A model generated the notes under the pieces. The model was not told the origin of the DNA, ran no database searches, and saw only the letters and a program-made list of their open reading frames with translations. A stretch of DNA of 64,000 bases from Fervidicoccaceae archaeon (lineage in GTDB: Archaea; Thermoproteota; Thermoprotei_A; Sulfolobales; Fervidicoccaceae), in the NCBI GenBank assembly GCA_038734945.1, contig JAVYOA010000001.1, positions 124,001 through 188,000 of the forward strand, written 5' to 3'. The translations under genes were made by a program, and so were the position numbers. Positions within the stretch are counted from its first letter, which is position 1, and every line of letters begins with the position of its first letter. Positions 9,213-19,191 of the stretch are shown here, one piece after another.

Positions 9213-10370
9213 ATGATGAGGGAAAATTTGAGGGCTTTCTGCCTAGAGAGGTGGCAGAGCCTCCACGAGAATTTTGCTAGGACAAACATGAGTGAGAGCG
9301 GGGTTTTTCCTCTCAGGCTAAATGAGCTCGAGAGTTTTGGATTGAATCTTGAAGAGCTCATGAATATGGAAATTGGTTATGGCTGGACAAGGGGATCCCC
9401 TGAGCTAAGAGAGAGAATAGCAGAGCTATACAAGGGCGAGGTGAGCAGAGAGGAAGTTCTAGTTACAGCAGGTTCCGCAGAGGCAAATCTAGTTGCAGCA
9501 ATGAGCACGGTTAAATTGGGAGAAACAGCTGTGGTTGATTTGCCGAATTACATGCAGATCCCTGGTCTAATAGAGTTTCTGGGAGGGAAAAAACTGGAGC
9601 TCAGACGCTCTCCTCCTTCCTGGGCTTTTCCCATTGAGAGAGCAATAAACATTATAGAGGAGAGGAGGCCAAAGGCTGCGTTCATTTGTAATCCAAACAA
9701 CCCAACTGCAACTGTTATTCCAGAAAAGGACATCGCGGAGCTGGGCGATGCTGCAAGAAGAGCAGGAACCATATTGATATTTGATGAAGTTTATTGGGGT
9801 TCCGAGCTGAGCGGAGAGAGGCCAAGCGCTCTTGAAATACTTGGCAAGGATTCTGCTGTTTCCGTTTCTGGGCTCTCAAAGGTCTATGGTCTTCCCGGTC
9901 TGAGGATAGGATGGCTCTCTGGGAAAAAAGAAATTGTTGAGAGGGCGTGGTCAGCCAAGGACTATGTAAGTATAGCTCCCTCCATTCTCAGCGATAAAAT
10001 AGCATCGCATATTTTAGGAGGAGAGAGCATTGAGAGGCTAAGAAGCAGGGCAAAGGAGATTGTTCGGAAGAATCTCCGGGAGTTTCTCTCGAGAGCTTCT
10101 GGGGATCTTCTCTCTCCTCTTCAACCGCAGGCAGGAGCATTTATCTGGGCATCTGTTCCATGGGAAGAGAACACCCTCTCTCTTGCCCTGGATCTCTTTG
10201 AGAACTGGAAAATCCTGGTTAATCCTGGAGAGTGCTTTGAGAGCCCAGGATATTTGAGAATTGGCCTGGGACAAGAGCCCAAGAGCTTCTCTGGAGCAAT
10301 GGATGAGCTCGTAGGAGCACTCTCAAAGGAAAGGGAGAAACGTGTTAATATTGAAAAGATGAACAGATAG
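9213..10370 (+). CDS. PLP-dependent aminotransferase class I/II
   Basis: CNPNNPTA, FDEVY, SGLSKVYGLPGLRIGW; start placed at ATG 9213. Confidence 0.88.
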   Translation: MMRENLRAFCLERWQSLHENFARTNMSESGVFPLRLNELESFGLNLEELMNMEIGYGWTRGSPELRERIAELYKGEVSREEVLVTAGSAEANLVAAMSTVKLGETAVVDLPNYMQIPGLIEFLGGKKLELRRSPPSWAFPIERAINIIEERRPKAAFICNPNNPTATVIPEKDIAELGDAARRAGTILIFDEVYWGSELSGERPSALEILGKDSAVSVSGLSKVYGLPGLRIGWLSGKKEIVERAWSAKDYVSIAPSILSDKIASHILGGESIERLRSRAKEIVRKNLREFLSRASGDLLSPLQPQAGAFIWASVPWEENTLSLALDLFENWKILVNPGECFESPGYLRIGLGQEPKSFSGAMDELVGALSKEREKRVNIEKMNR

Positions 10371-10386
10371 GTGGGTGTTTTCATGC

Positions 10387-10584
10387 ATGGGTGAGGACAG
10401 CGAGATAGTAATCGATAGGTTCGGATCTCTATTCAAGACCAGAAGGACTAAGGACAAAGCATTTTGGTGTCCCCTTTGCGGCTATGGTGAGGAATCCCCA
10501 ATATTCTTCACTGAAGAAGATCTTATATCTCACATATCTAGACATGAGATTCAGAGAAGAAAGGAAAGCGAAAGAGGTGAGTAA
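10387..10584 (+). CDS. Small C2H2-type zinc-finger protein
   Basis: CPLC...FFTEEDLISHISRH; overlaps the deoC start. Confidence 0.7.
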   Translation: MGEDSEIVIDRFGSLFKTRRTKDKAFWCPLCGYGEESPIFFTEEDLISHISRHEIQRRKESERGE

Positions 10585-11290
10585 ATTGATCTTCAGCCTA
10601 GATAGGCTTCCAAGGACACAGGAAGAGCTCGCGAGGAGAATAGATCACACTGTGCTGAGACCTGAAGAAGGGATGCAGGCAATAATGAGGGCTGCAGATG
10701 AGACTGAGAAGCTTGGCTTTAGAGCCCTAGTGATACCTCCCTGGGCAGTCAGAGAAGTACATGAGATCAGCAGAGCAAAGATAGCTACGGTAATCAGCTT
10801 TCCGCTTGGGCACGATCCTGCTGAAATAAAGAAAGCACAGATCGAGAGAGCAGCGAATGATGGGGCTCTGGAGGTTGATGTTGTAATAAACATAATGGCA
10901 GCTCTGTCAGGAAGGTTGGAGCTTGTTAGAGGGGAGATCCAGGAGCTCACATCCTTTTCCCATGCTTTGGGTTTGGGCATAAAGTTCATACTTGAAACTG
11001 GACTGCTGACCCCAGATCTAATTTCAACAATTTCCAGCTATGTTTCTGAAGCTGGAGGAGACTACGTGAAAACTTCAACGGGATTCGGTCCTAGAGGAGC
11101 AAGCATTGAGGATATAATTATCATAAGGAGGTCGGTTGGAGATAAGCAGGGAATAAAGGCCTCAGGAGGCATAAGAACTGGGATGCAGGCAGCACTGCTC
11201 ATAGCTTATGGAGCTGATATAATTGGAGCAAGCAGCAGTGTGAAGATTGTGAGGGAGTATCCGCAGGCTCTATCCCAGATCCAAGGTTAG
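10577..11290 (+). CDS. deoC: Deoxyribose-phosphate aldolase
   Basis: IDHTVL, VISFPLG, YVKTSTGF, IKASGGIRT; GTG start at 10577. Confidence 0.92.
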   Translation: MSKLIFSLDRLPRTQEELARRIDHTVLRPEEGMQAIMRAADETEKLGFRALVIPPWAVREVHEISRAKIATVISFPLGHDPAEIKKAQIERAANDGALEVDVVINIMAALSGRLELVRGEIQELTSFSHALGLGIKFILETGLLTPDLISTISSYVSEAGGDYVKTSTGFGPRGASIEDIIIIRRSVGDKQGIKASGGIRTGMQAALLIAYGADIIGASSSVKIVREYPQALSQIQG

Positions 11291-11294
11291 TGCG

Positions 11295-11645
11295 ATGCCA
11301 TCTGCAGAGCTGTGTGAAATTTGTGGAAAAAGGAGGGCTCTTTTTGTTTGTCCTCTATGTAAAAGGAGGGTATGCGAGCACTGCTTTAGCATCGAGAGAG
11401 GCATGTGCTTGGTATGCCTTCAGACCATGTGTGAGAGATGCGGAAGGAAGCACTCCGTGGAGAGATGCCAGATCTGCGGCAGACTTATTTGTCCTGACTG
11501 TTTGATTAGAGTGGATAAAGCTAGAGCTATCTGTTTGGATTGCTTCAATGCTCTTGGAAAAGATAGGGCAATAGAGCTCATACGGAGGAGGAGCTCGGAG
11601 GAGAGGAGGGTCCTGCAGAGCAGACTTAAGCTGCTGGAGACCTGA
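11295..11645 (+). CDS. Cysteine-rich zinc-binding protein (eight CxxC motifs)
   Basis: CEIC, CPLC, CEHC, CLVC, CERC, CQIC, CPDC, CLDC. Confidence 0.75.
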   Translation: MPSAELCEICGKRRALFVCPLCKRRVCEHCFSIERGMCLVCLQTMCERCGRKHSVERCQICGRLICPDCLIRVDKARAICLDCFNALGKDRAIELIRRRSSEERRVLQSRLKLLET

Positions 11646-11674
11646 GGTATATATACGAGACTGTTATTTTCCAT

Positions 11675-12481
11675 GTGTCCAAAGCAAAAGATGGGGTGCC
11701 GATGCCAATGGTGCTGCTTGCTGAGGATGTGGAGGCAGAAGCTGGGGGGAAGCTTGTACTGAGGGGGGTAAGTATTGAGCTTCGGGAAGGAGAGATCCTA
11801 GCTCTAATGGGACCAAACGGATCAGGAAAAACAACCTTTGCCAGTGCTATTGCAGGAAGCCCTTCGGTTGTCTTGAGGAAGGGAAGAATAGTGCTGGACA
11901 ACGAGGAAATAACAGCATATCCTCCCGAGGATAGAATGCTCAGAGGTCTTCTTCTCCTCTTTCAAAATCCACCTGAAATCCCTGGAGTTAAGCTGAGCAC
12001 CCTTCTCCTAGCATCGTACAACAAGTCAAGGGGAACGTCGAAGGATCTCCTGAAGGTATCTGACGCTTCCTTCTTTTCAAGGATGAGAGAAGCTGCAGCT
12101 AGAGTTGGTTTAAAGGAGGAGGTTCTCTATAGGGAGATAAATGTTGGATTCAGTGGGGGAGAGAGGAAGAGGGCGGAGCTCCTTCAGGCTATGGTGCTCA
12201 ATGCCAAGTACATTGTGATGGATGAGCCAGACAGCGGACTAGATGTGGATGGTCTGAGAGTTGTGGGAGAGTTCATCGAGAGGATGAGAAAAGAGGGGAA
12301 GGGCGTTCTTCTGATCACTCACTACACCAGGCTATTCTCAATGGTTAGGCCTGATAGGATAGCTGTTATGGTTGGAGGCAGAATTATAGCTGAGGGGAAG
12401 ATGGAGTTGGCTGAGAAAATTGATGCCAAGGGCTATTCGGGCCTGGCAAAGGAGTTGGGGGTCAGGGGAATTGAAAGCTGA
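11675..12481 (+). CDS. sufC: Fe-S cluster assembly ATPase SufC
   Basis: MGPNGSGKTT, FQNPPEIPGV, NVGFSGGERKR, ITHY. Confidence 0.92.
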   Translation: MSKAKDGVPMPMVLLAEDVEAEAGGKLVLRGVSIELREGEILALMGPNGSGKTTFASAIAGSPSVVLRKGRIVLDNEEITAYPPEDRMLRGLLLLFQNPPEIPGVKLSTLLLASYNKSRGTSKDLLKVSDASFFSRMREAAARVGLKEEVLYREINVGFSGGERKRAELLQAMVLNAKYIVMDEPDSGLDVDGLRVVGEFIERMRKEGKGVLLITHYTRLFSMVRPDRIAVMVGGRIIAEGKMELAEKIDAKGYSGLAKELGVRGIES

Positions 12482-13892
12482 GAACAGAGAAAGTGTTCTG
12501 GGAAAGCTCTCTCTAGGAGGAGAGGTCCAGCTCCCAGAGGGCTTCAGGAGCTCCTATGTAGTTAAGGGAAGGTTGGAGAGATCTCTGATTGAGGAAATAA
12601 GCAGAGCGAAGAAGGAGCCCGAATGGATGCTCAGGCTCAGATTAAAGGCGCTGGAAGCATATGAGAAGCTGCCATTTCCAAATTGGATTAGAGGAGTTGA
12701 GGAGCTCGATATAGATGAGCTAGCTCACTATATAAAGCCTGAAGCAGGTCTTGCTAGGAGCTGGGAGGATATACCTCAGGAGATAAGGAGGGTCTATGAG
12801 GGTCTGAACCTCCCTGAGGCTGAAAAGAGGGCCTTGGCTGGAATAAGCTTTCAATTTGAGAGTGAGACCGTTTATTTGGGAATAAAGAAGCTGCTGGAGG
12901 AAAGGAAAGTAGTTATGGTTCCAATGGAGGAGGCCCTCAATAGATATCCCGACATGGTCAAAGAGTACTTCAGTAGGGTTTTTCCCTTTGCTGAGCATAA
13001 ATTCGCAGCTCTCCACGCAGCTCTATGGAGCGGCGGAGTTTTTGTTTATGTTCCAAGAGGCATAAGGATTCCTCAGCCAATAGAGGCCTTCTTCTTCATG
13101 GCAAGCGCGCTGGAGGGACAGTTCGAGCACACGCTCCTCATAGCGGATGAGGGGAGTGAAATTCAATTTATAGAGGGCTGCTCTGCCCCAATGTACAAGA
13201 GCTATAGCTTCCATGATGGCATGGTTGAAATTTATGCTCATAGAAACAGCAGGGTAAAGTTCGTGACGCTCCAAAATTGGAGCGGCAATGTGATAAACTT
13301 CAACAATAAGAGGGCTATAGCTGAGAGCAATTCCTCGGTTGAGTGGCTTGAGGGGAGCGTTGGGAGCAAGGTAACATATGTTTACCCCAGCACAATATTG
13401 AAGGGAGATGGGGCGAAGACTTCCATCTACACTGTAACAATATCCAATGGAAAGAAGTTGAAGGATACTGGAGCGAAGGTAATAGCTCTGGGCAAGAATG
13501 CAGGTGCCAAAATCGTAAGCAAAAGCATAAGTGCCAATGGCGGAACAAATGTGTACAGGGGATTGGTGAGGATAAACAGAGGATCGGAAAACACCGTAGT
13601 GACAAGCAGCTGTGACAGCCTCATTCTAGATAGAAAAAGCAGGGCATATACATATCCGCACAACCAAATAGAGGAGGACACCGCCTCTGTTAGCCATGAG
13701 GCGAGGACAGGCAGGATAAGCGAGGAGCAGCTCTTCTACATGCGCTCTAGAGGATTGAGTGAGGGAGAGGCAAAGAGCCTGATGGTGCTAGGATTTTTGG
13801 AGGATGTTCTTGTTGATGTTCCGTTCGAGATGGCATCCGTGCTGAATACAGTTATACAGCTGGAGTTCTCTAAACTTGGGGGGACGGGATGA
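12471..13892 (+). CDS. sufB: Fe-S cluster assembly protein SufB
   Basis: KKEPEWML, GQFEHTLLIA, EGCSAP, CDSLI, SHEA, FYMRSRG; TTG start at 12471. Confidence 0.93.
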   Translation: MKAENRESVLGKLSLGGEVQLPEGFRSSYVVKGRLERSLIEEISRAKKEPEWMLRLRLKALEAYEKLPFPNWIRGVEELDIDELAHYIKPEAGLARSWEDIPQEIRRVYEGLNLPEAEKRALAGISFQFESETVYLGIKKLLEERKVVMVPMEEALNRYPDMVKEYFSRVFPFAEHKFAALHAALWSGGVFVYVPRGIRIPQPIEAFFFMASALEGQFEHTLLIADEGSEIQFIEGCSAPMYKSYSFHDGMVEIYAHRNSRVKFVTLQNWSGNVINFNNKRAIAESNSSVEWLEGSVGSKVTYVYPSTILKGDGAKTSIYTVTISNGKKLKDTGAKVIALGKNAGAKIVSKSISANGGTNVYRGLVRINRGSENTVVTSSCDSLILDRKSRAYTYPHNQIEEDTASVSHEARTGRISEEQLFYMRSRGLSEGEAKSLMVLGFLEDVLVDVPFEMASVLNTVIQLEFSKLGGTG

Positions 13893-14983
13893 TGAGAAGG
13901 GAGGCAGTTCTAGCAAATATAAAGAGCATACCATATCAGAGCATGCATGACAGCCCAACAATGAAGTACTATACTAGCTGGAAGCTTCTTGAGGAAAGCC
14001 TGGATGAGCCCAGAGGAAAGGCTGAGCCTTTAATTAGAAATGTTATTCCTGGATCAAGCTCAATTGAGCTCCTTCCAGATGGAGGCTTCACTGGAGAGGG
14101 GGAAGAGATTCGTCCTTCTCCTCTCCTCTTCAATGAGAACGAGGGCAGAATTATGGCGGCACACTTTCTTCTATTGAATGGAGCGCTGCTTTTGAAGATT
14201 GCCGAAAAGGAGGAGAAAAGATTGATGATATTGGATATTGCTCCTCAAGCTGGAAGCTCACACCACCATGTAAGGCTTGAAATGGAGCCTGGCTCGAAGG
14301 GTGAGGTTGTTATTGCCTCTTCTGCCAGGTCCTCAAATGGAGCTCCAATGCTGAGCTTTGAAGTTCTGATGAGAGATTCCGAGCTCCGTCTTTGGAAGCT
14401 AAGCAGGTATGATGATGGGGGTCTTCCAGTATCCTGGATAAGGGTGCATGCTTCTGGCAGGAGCAAGATAGATTTGAGAAGTGTTGCCATTGGGGGAAAA
14501 TCCAACCTCTCATCGGATGAGGTTATACTGCAAGGAAGTGGAGAGAGCGCTAGCATTCGCTCTTTCCTCCTTGCCAGGAACGGTGAGAAGGTCGATTATA
14601 TAACAAATGTAATAAATGACTCTCCTGAAGGGAAGGCTGAGGTTAAGGTAAGGGGATTCAATTTTGGAGGAAGCGTTGTTCATAGAGGAAGGTTGAAGGT
14701 TGCTGAGGAAGCTGTGATGAGCGAGAATGTGCTGAGCAGCATAGTGTATAAAATAAGCGATGGAGCGAGAAGCTATTCGATCCCCTCTCTGGAAGTTGAG
14801 AACAGCGAGGTTCTAAGTGCCTCGCATGAGACATCAGTCTCCCCAATTCCTGAGGGTGTTCTCTTCTATTTGCGGTCAAGGGGGCTGAGCGAGAAGGAGG
14901 CAATAGAGCTTCTTGTGAGGAGCTCAGCTCTGGGCGTTCTCGAGGAGCTGAATGCTGAAGGAATAATTACTGGACTGCTATAG
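13889..14983 (+). CDS. sufD: SufD-like Fe-S cluster assembly protein
   Basis: PSLEV...ASHET...LFYLRSRGLSE; follows sufB. Confidence 0.8.
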   Translation: MMRREAVLANIKSIPYQSMHDSPTMKYYTSWKLLEESLDEPRGKAEPLIRNVIPGSSSIELLPDGGFTGEGEEIRPSPLLFNENEGRIMAAHFLLLNGALLLKIAEKEEKRLMILDIAPQAGSSHHHVRLEMEPGSKGEVVIASSARSSNGAPMLSFEVLMRDSELRLWKLSRYDDGGLPVSWIRVHASGRSKIDLRSVAIGGKSNLSSDEVILQGSGESASIRSFLLARNGEKVDYITNVINDSPEGKAEVKVRGFNFGGSVVHRGRLKVAEEAVMSENVLSSIVYKISDGARSYSIPSLEVENSEVLSASHETSVSPIPEGVLFYLRSRGLSEKEAIELLVRSSALGVLEELNAEGIITGLL

Positions 14984-15149
14984 CTGGAGCTGAAATCGGG
15001 CTCCTCTTGAGGATGTTGTGTTCTTCTGGCTCCGGAGAGCATGTCTCGATGCATATTAGCTCTGCTTCTTTCTCATTGGCGAGGAAAAGCTCTGTGTAAT
15101 ATGCAAAGCATGCCTCCATGCAGTCCTTTCTAGAGAATCTTCTGTTCAA
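14967..15149 (-). CDS. Small hypothetical protein with twin CxxxC motifs
   Basis: CMEAC...CIETC; TTG start in an otherwise empty gap. Confidence 0.45.
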   Translation of the reverse strand: MNRRFSRKDCMEACFAYYTELFLANEKEAELICIETCSPEPEEHNILKRSPISAPAIAVQ

Positions 15150-15231
15150 GACGATCGCCGATAATAATTTGGAGGGGGTGCTAAAAAGGTTTTGTGCGAA
15201 TAAGCGAGAACTTTTTTAGATTTTTGTCGAA

Positions 15232-15546
15232 TTACTCGATGGTGATGTTTCCATTGTCTGCTATTACCAAAGCTCCTCTTGGGAATGACAGCTTTAGCTT
15301 ACTTATGCACCCTTCCCCTTCGAGCTTCACGCAGAGATCCTTTCTGCTAATGTTCGCATTTATCATTGCACTGCGGAAATTTATGCTGTAAGCTTCAAGT
15401 AAAATTTCTTCTCCATTGATGAGCAAGAGTGTTACTCTGAATGGATCCTTCACGTTCTGCGGAGGATCAATTCTCATAGCCTCTGCAATGTACTCCGCAG
15501 GCTCTCTCAGGTTGAGAGCTTGCCTGATTAGACTCATGCATAACAC
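15232..15546 (-). CDS. Hypothetical protein
   Basis: ORF fills the gap divergent from fbp; no recognisable motif. Confidence 0.55.
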   Translation of the reverse strand: MLCMSLIRQALNLREPAEYIAEAMRIDPPQNVKDPFRVTLLLINGEEILLEAYSINFRSAMINANISRKDLCVKLEGEGCISKLKLSFPRGALVIADNGNITIE

Positions 15547-15703
15547 CCTTTATTCAATTGCATAACATTTGTGGGAATATAAAAACATTTCGAAAAGAAT
15601 TGATTGAGATTTTAGTGAAAAGAGAACGAATAAGTGCACTTATTTAAACTGGAACTCTGACATAGTTTTATATTGGTGATGCATTCTGCCAGGAGATAGG
15701 AAG

Positions 15704-16786
15704 GTGACTGTGAGTGTTATAAAGGCAGATGTTGGTGGTCTCGCTGGCCACCATGTTGTTCATCCGGATCTGCTAGCTACTGCAACCAGGGTTCTTGGTG
15801 AGGGAAAGGCGAGAGGAGTAATAGAGGATTTCTATGTCACAAATGTCGGAGACGATCTTGAGCTAATAATGACTCACTATGGAGGTGTTGATAATCCAGA
15901 TGTTCACGGACTTGCTTGGGAGGCCTTTAAGGAGGCAACAAAGGTTGCCCAGAGGCTGGGGCTCTATGGAGCGGGACAAGATCTCCTTTCAGATTCCTTC
16001 TCAGGGAATGTTAGAGGGATGGGGCCTGGAGTTGCTGAGATGGATTTCGTTGAGAGACCAAGCGAGCCCATCGTGATCTTCATGGCTGATAAGACTGAGC
16101 CTGGAGCTTTCAATCTGCCATTCTATAAGATCTTCGCTGATCCCTTCAATACCTCTGGGCTAGTCATAGATCCAAAGCTTCATTCTGGCTTCAAGTTCGA
16201 GATCTGGGATCTCATTGAGCACAAGGTGTACTTCTTAAATGCTCCAGAGGACATCTACGACATATTGGCACTCATAGGAACAACGGGTAGATATACAATA
16301 AAGAGAATTTTTAGGAGATCCGATGGAGAGATTGCCGCTGCTGTGAGCAGCGAGAGACTGAACCTAATTGCCGGAAAGTATGTGGGAAAGGATGATCCTG
16401 TTGCAATAGCAAGGGCGCAGAGCGGCTTTCCTGCTCTGGGCGAGATCCTTGAGCCCTTTTCCTTTCCACACCTCGTAGCAGGGTGGATGAGAGGGAGCCA
16501 CAACGGTCCCCTAATGCCCGTATCTCAGAGGGATGCTAGATGTACCAGGTTCGACGGTCCTCCTAGAATTGTAGCACTGGGATTCAATATCAAGGATGGA
16601 AAGCTCATAGGGCCGAGCGATCTCTTCGATGATCCAGCATTCGATGAGGCTAGGAGGCTTGCCCAGAAGATTGCTGATTATATGAGGAGACATGGTCCCT
16701 TCATGCCCCATAGGCTGGGACCGGAGGAGATGGAGTACACAAACCTTCCTCAGGTCCTAAAGAAGCTTGAGGAGAGGAAGGCCTAG
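15704..16786 (+). CDS. fbp: Fructose-1,6-bisphosphate aldolase/phosphatase
   Basis: SVIKADVG, GLYGAGQDLL, ADKTEPGAFN, YVGKDDP, GWMRGSH. Confidence 0.96.
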   Translation: MTVSVIKADVGGLAGHHVVHPDLLATATRVLGEGKARGVIEDFYVTNVGDDLELIMTHYGGVDNPDVHGLAWEAFKEATKVAQRLGLYGAGQDLLSDSFSGNVRGMGPGVAEMDFVERPSEPIVIFMADKTEPGAFNLPFYKIFADPFNTSGLVIDPKLHSGFKFEIWDLIEHKVYFLNAPEDIYDILALIGTTGRYTIKRIFRRSDGEIAAAVSSERLNLIAGKYVGKDDPVAIARAQSGFPALGEILEPFSFPHLVAGWMRGSHNGPLMPVSQRDARCTRFDGPPRIVALGFNIKDGKLIGPSDLFDDPAFDEARRLAQKIADYMRRHGPFMPHRLGPEEMEYTNLPQVLKKLEERKA

Positions 16787-17469
16787 GTTTTTTCCAGGAG
16801 TCCCTCGGAGAGCTCCAGTATTTTTTTCCCAGGATCCGGTGCATTCATGACTGCGCTGGCTACAAGTACTCCTGCTGCTCCAAGCTCTACGGCTCTTCTT
16901 GCATCATCCTTGAAGCTGACTCCTGCACCAACCAGTATTGGTATTCTGCTGGATCCCGCTTTCCTAATCAGCTCAACTGATGCCGTTATAACCTCGGGCT
17001 TTGCCCTCGAAACACTTATGCCAGTTCCAATGAGCTCAGGAGGCTCCACAGCAACCATATCTGGAGATAGAACGGAAATGGCTGCTGCTGTTCTTGGTGT
17101 AGAAGCGCATGCTATTGAAATTAAGCCAGCATTCCTCAGCATATCCACTGCATCTTCTATCTCCGAGAGGAGCATCCTTCTTTCGCTGTGATTTATCAGG
17201 GATCCCTTCCCTCCTGCAGATGATATCATCTTAGCTGTAATGCGTCCAGTGGCCGCGCTTTCTGCTATAGGATCAATGTGCTGCGCTACTACTTCCAGCT
17301 CAACTCTTTCTGCTATTGACCTAATCTCTGTGAATGGCACAGCAAGAATCGTTCTGACGCCTGTGCTTTTCGAAGCTTTTTCAGCCTGCTTAGCAATAGC
17401 CAGTCCCTTTTCTCCATAGCTGGTGGGGAATGATTTGTAGTTTATTACGAGGATCCTCTCCTCTGCCAA
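16783..17469 (-). CDS. tpiA: Triosephosphate isomerase (archaeal type)
   Basis: INYK, NHSERR, AVEPPELIGTG, GVLVASA. Confidence 0.95.
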   Translation of the reverse strand: MAEERILVINYKSFPTSYGEKGLAIAKQAEKASKSTGVRTILAVPFTEIRSIAERVELEVVAQHIDPIAESAATGRITAKMISSAGGKGSLINHSERRMLLSEIEDAVDMLRNAGLISIACASTPRTAAAISVLSPDMVAVEPPELIGTGISVSRAKPEVITASVELIRKAGSSRIPILVGAGVSFKDDARRAVELGAAGVLVASAVMNAPDPGKKILELSEGLLEKT

Positions 17470-17600
17470 GGAGCATCAGCTCCAAAAGCTCTTTGTTTTC
17501 TCTGCTTATTTTGCTTACTGTCTTTTGTTCAATGAAATAGATGCTTGGGAATCAAAGAAACTTGCAAAGATTTATGGAGAGAGGGGTACTGTTGGAGATC

Positions 17601-18254
17601 TCATGAGATCTTTGTTGATTCGTAGCACACAAAAGATCCTTCTTCTCCTTCCAGGGGATCCTCCTGAGCTGGCTTCTTTCCTGGGCTGTAGCGGAGAACG
17701 CTGGCTGCCCTAACAACGTTGAGTTTTTCCTCTTTGAGCATTGATTTCACCTGCTCCCTTGTATAGAAAACAGCATTTGCATAGAAGATGCTCTCTCCGG
17801 CCCTCTTCCTTTTCTCATAGAACTGCCCCCATTCCGAGTCGAGCGGAACAATGCAGGTTATGAGCCTTCCTCCGTGCTTGAGCACCCTAGCAGCTTCGCT
17901 TAGAGTTTTTCTGGGATTGTTTACGAAGCACAGAGTTACTATTAGATATGCTGTTCGAAAGGACTCGTTTCTGAAGGGCAGGTGCTCTGCTACTCCCCTC
18001 ACCACCTCAATTCCTCTGGCTGCTGAGAGTGAAAGTGCAGAAGTGGAGGGATCTATGCCTGTTTCAACGCCCAAGGGGGCAGCGAATCTTCCAGTTCCAA
18101 CGCCAATTTCGATGCAGGGCTTGCTGCAGGGAAAGCTCTCTGTGAGCTTCAGCTCGCTTTCATATATTATCCTCTGCCTCTCAAACCATTCATCGTATTC
18201 CTCTATCCTCTCATCAAAGACTCTGAATGTTCTCTCCTCTCTTGGAGATTCCAA
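17601..18254 (-). CDS. Class I SAM-dependent methyltransferase
   Basis: EIGVGTGRF, GVAEHLPF, VTLCFV. Confidence 0.88.
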   Translation of the reverse strand: MESPREERTFRVFDERIEEYDEWFERQRIIYESELKLTESFPCSKPCIEIGVGTGRFAAPLGVETGIDPSTSALSLSAARGIEVVRGVAEHLPFRNESFRTAYLIVTLCFVNNPRKTLSEAARVLKHGGRLITCIVPLDSEWGQFYEKRKRAGESIFYANAVFYTREQVKSMLKEEKLNVVRAASVLRYSPGKKPAQEDPLEGEEGSFVCYESTKIS

Positions 18255-18321
18255 AGCAGCAGCACCGCTCTATTTTTACTGCATATTTACTTTTATGTCC
18301 CATTGTTATTTCTCTTTCTAC

Positions 18322-19191
18322 TTATTTCTCGAGTATTTGATTCGATGCTTCCCAGGCCCTCCTTTCAGATAGAATTACTGGAGATTTTCTAGGAACGCCC
18401 AGAGCTCTTGCTATTACTGGGCACTTCGCTCTAAGCAGAAATATGGCTTTATTCTCCAGCCACCTTCCTGAATCTATGTAGCCTTCAAGGTTTGCTATGC
18501 CCTTTGAAATTACGATGTCCGAATCGAGCATTGCCCTCCATGCATCATTGCTTGGATGCGCTTTATATAGGGGCGGTAAGTTCCATTTGGATCGGATTGC
18601 ACCAATGCTTCCATTGAGATGCCTGAGCACCTCTGAATATGTAGCATCTATCTCGTAGGGATCCTCCCTAAGCACGAGGAGGATCTCATATCCGAGGGAG
18701 GAGAGCTTGCTTGCTACAAATAGATCGAAGATTATCTCTCCGGAATTATCAGGCACGTATGCTATTTTCTTGATGCCTTTCCAGTTTATTGTTCTCGAGT
18801 CGTCTATTGCTGGTGGTTCAAACAGATCCTGCTCTTTTGTTGCTTTTAGATCGTAGCTATATCCGAGAACGCTTGTATCGAATATGTTTGCTGCTGCAGC
18901 TAGCTTGAGGAGCTCAGCTTCATTCCAATCCACAATATCCTTAATTCTTTCAAGGAGTTCCTTGGCCAGCTCATTCAGCTTTGCTTTGTGCTCATAGTAG
19001 GGATCGCGGTTTCCGGAGAGCTCTGAAACTATTCTGAAGCTCAGCGAGAAGGCCTCGCTTCTTGGCTTCCTCAAAAGTGCAGAGATGGCATTTAAAAGAG
19101 CGGAATATCCTTCTTCCATGATCCCTGCTTCCTTAAGATCGTTGATTCTGCTCCCTACTAGGCATGAAATGCAATCTCTCGGTCTATTCAT
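18322..19191 (-). CDS. ARMT1/DUF89 family metal-dependent phosphatase
   Basis: CISC N-terminus, AANIFD, DNSGEIIFD, SKGIANLE, LRAKCPVIA. Confidence 0.85.
   Translation of the reverse strand: MNRPRDCISCLVGSRINDLKEAGIMEEGYSALLNAISALLRKPRSEAFSLSFRIVSELSGNRDPYYEHKAKLNELAKELLERIKDIVDWNEAELLKLAAAANIFDTSVLGYSYDLKATKEQDLFEPPAIDDSRTINWKGIKKIAYVPDNSGEIIFDLFVASKLSSLGYEILLVLREDPYEIDATYSEVLRHLNGSIGAIRSKWNLPPLYKAHPSNDAWRAMLDSDIVISKGIANLEGYIDSGRWLENKAIFLLRAKCPVIARALGVPRKSPVILSERRAWEASNQILEK

Noticed and set aside
15675..15706. Possible CTG start of fbp at 15686 after GGTGA
   Set aside because: GTG 15704 also has an AGGAG upstream and loses almost no conserved sequence, so the evidence is insufficient
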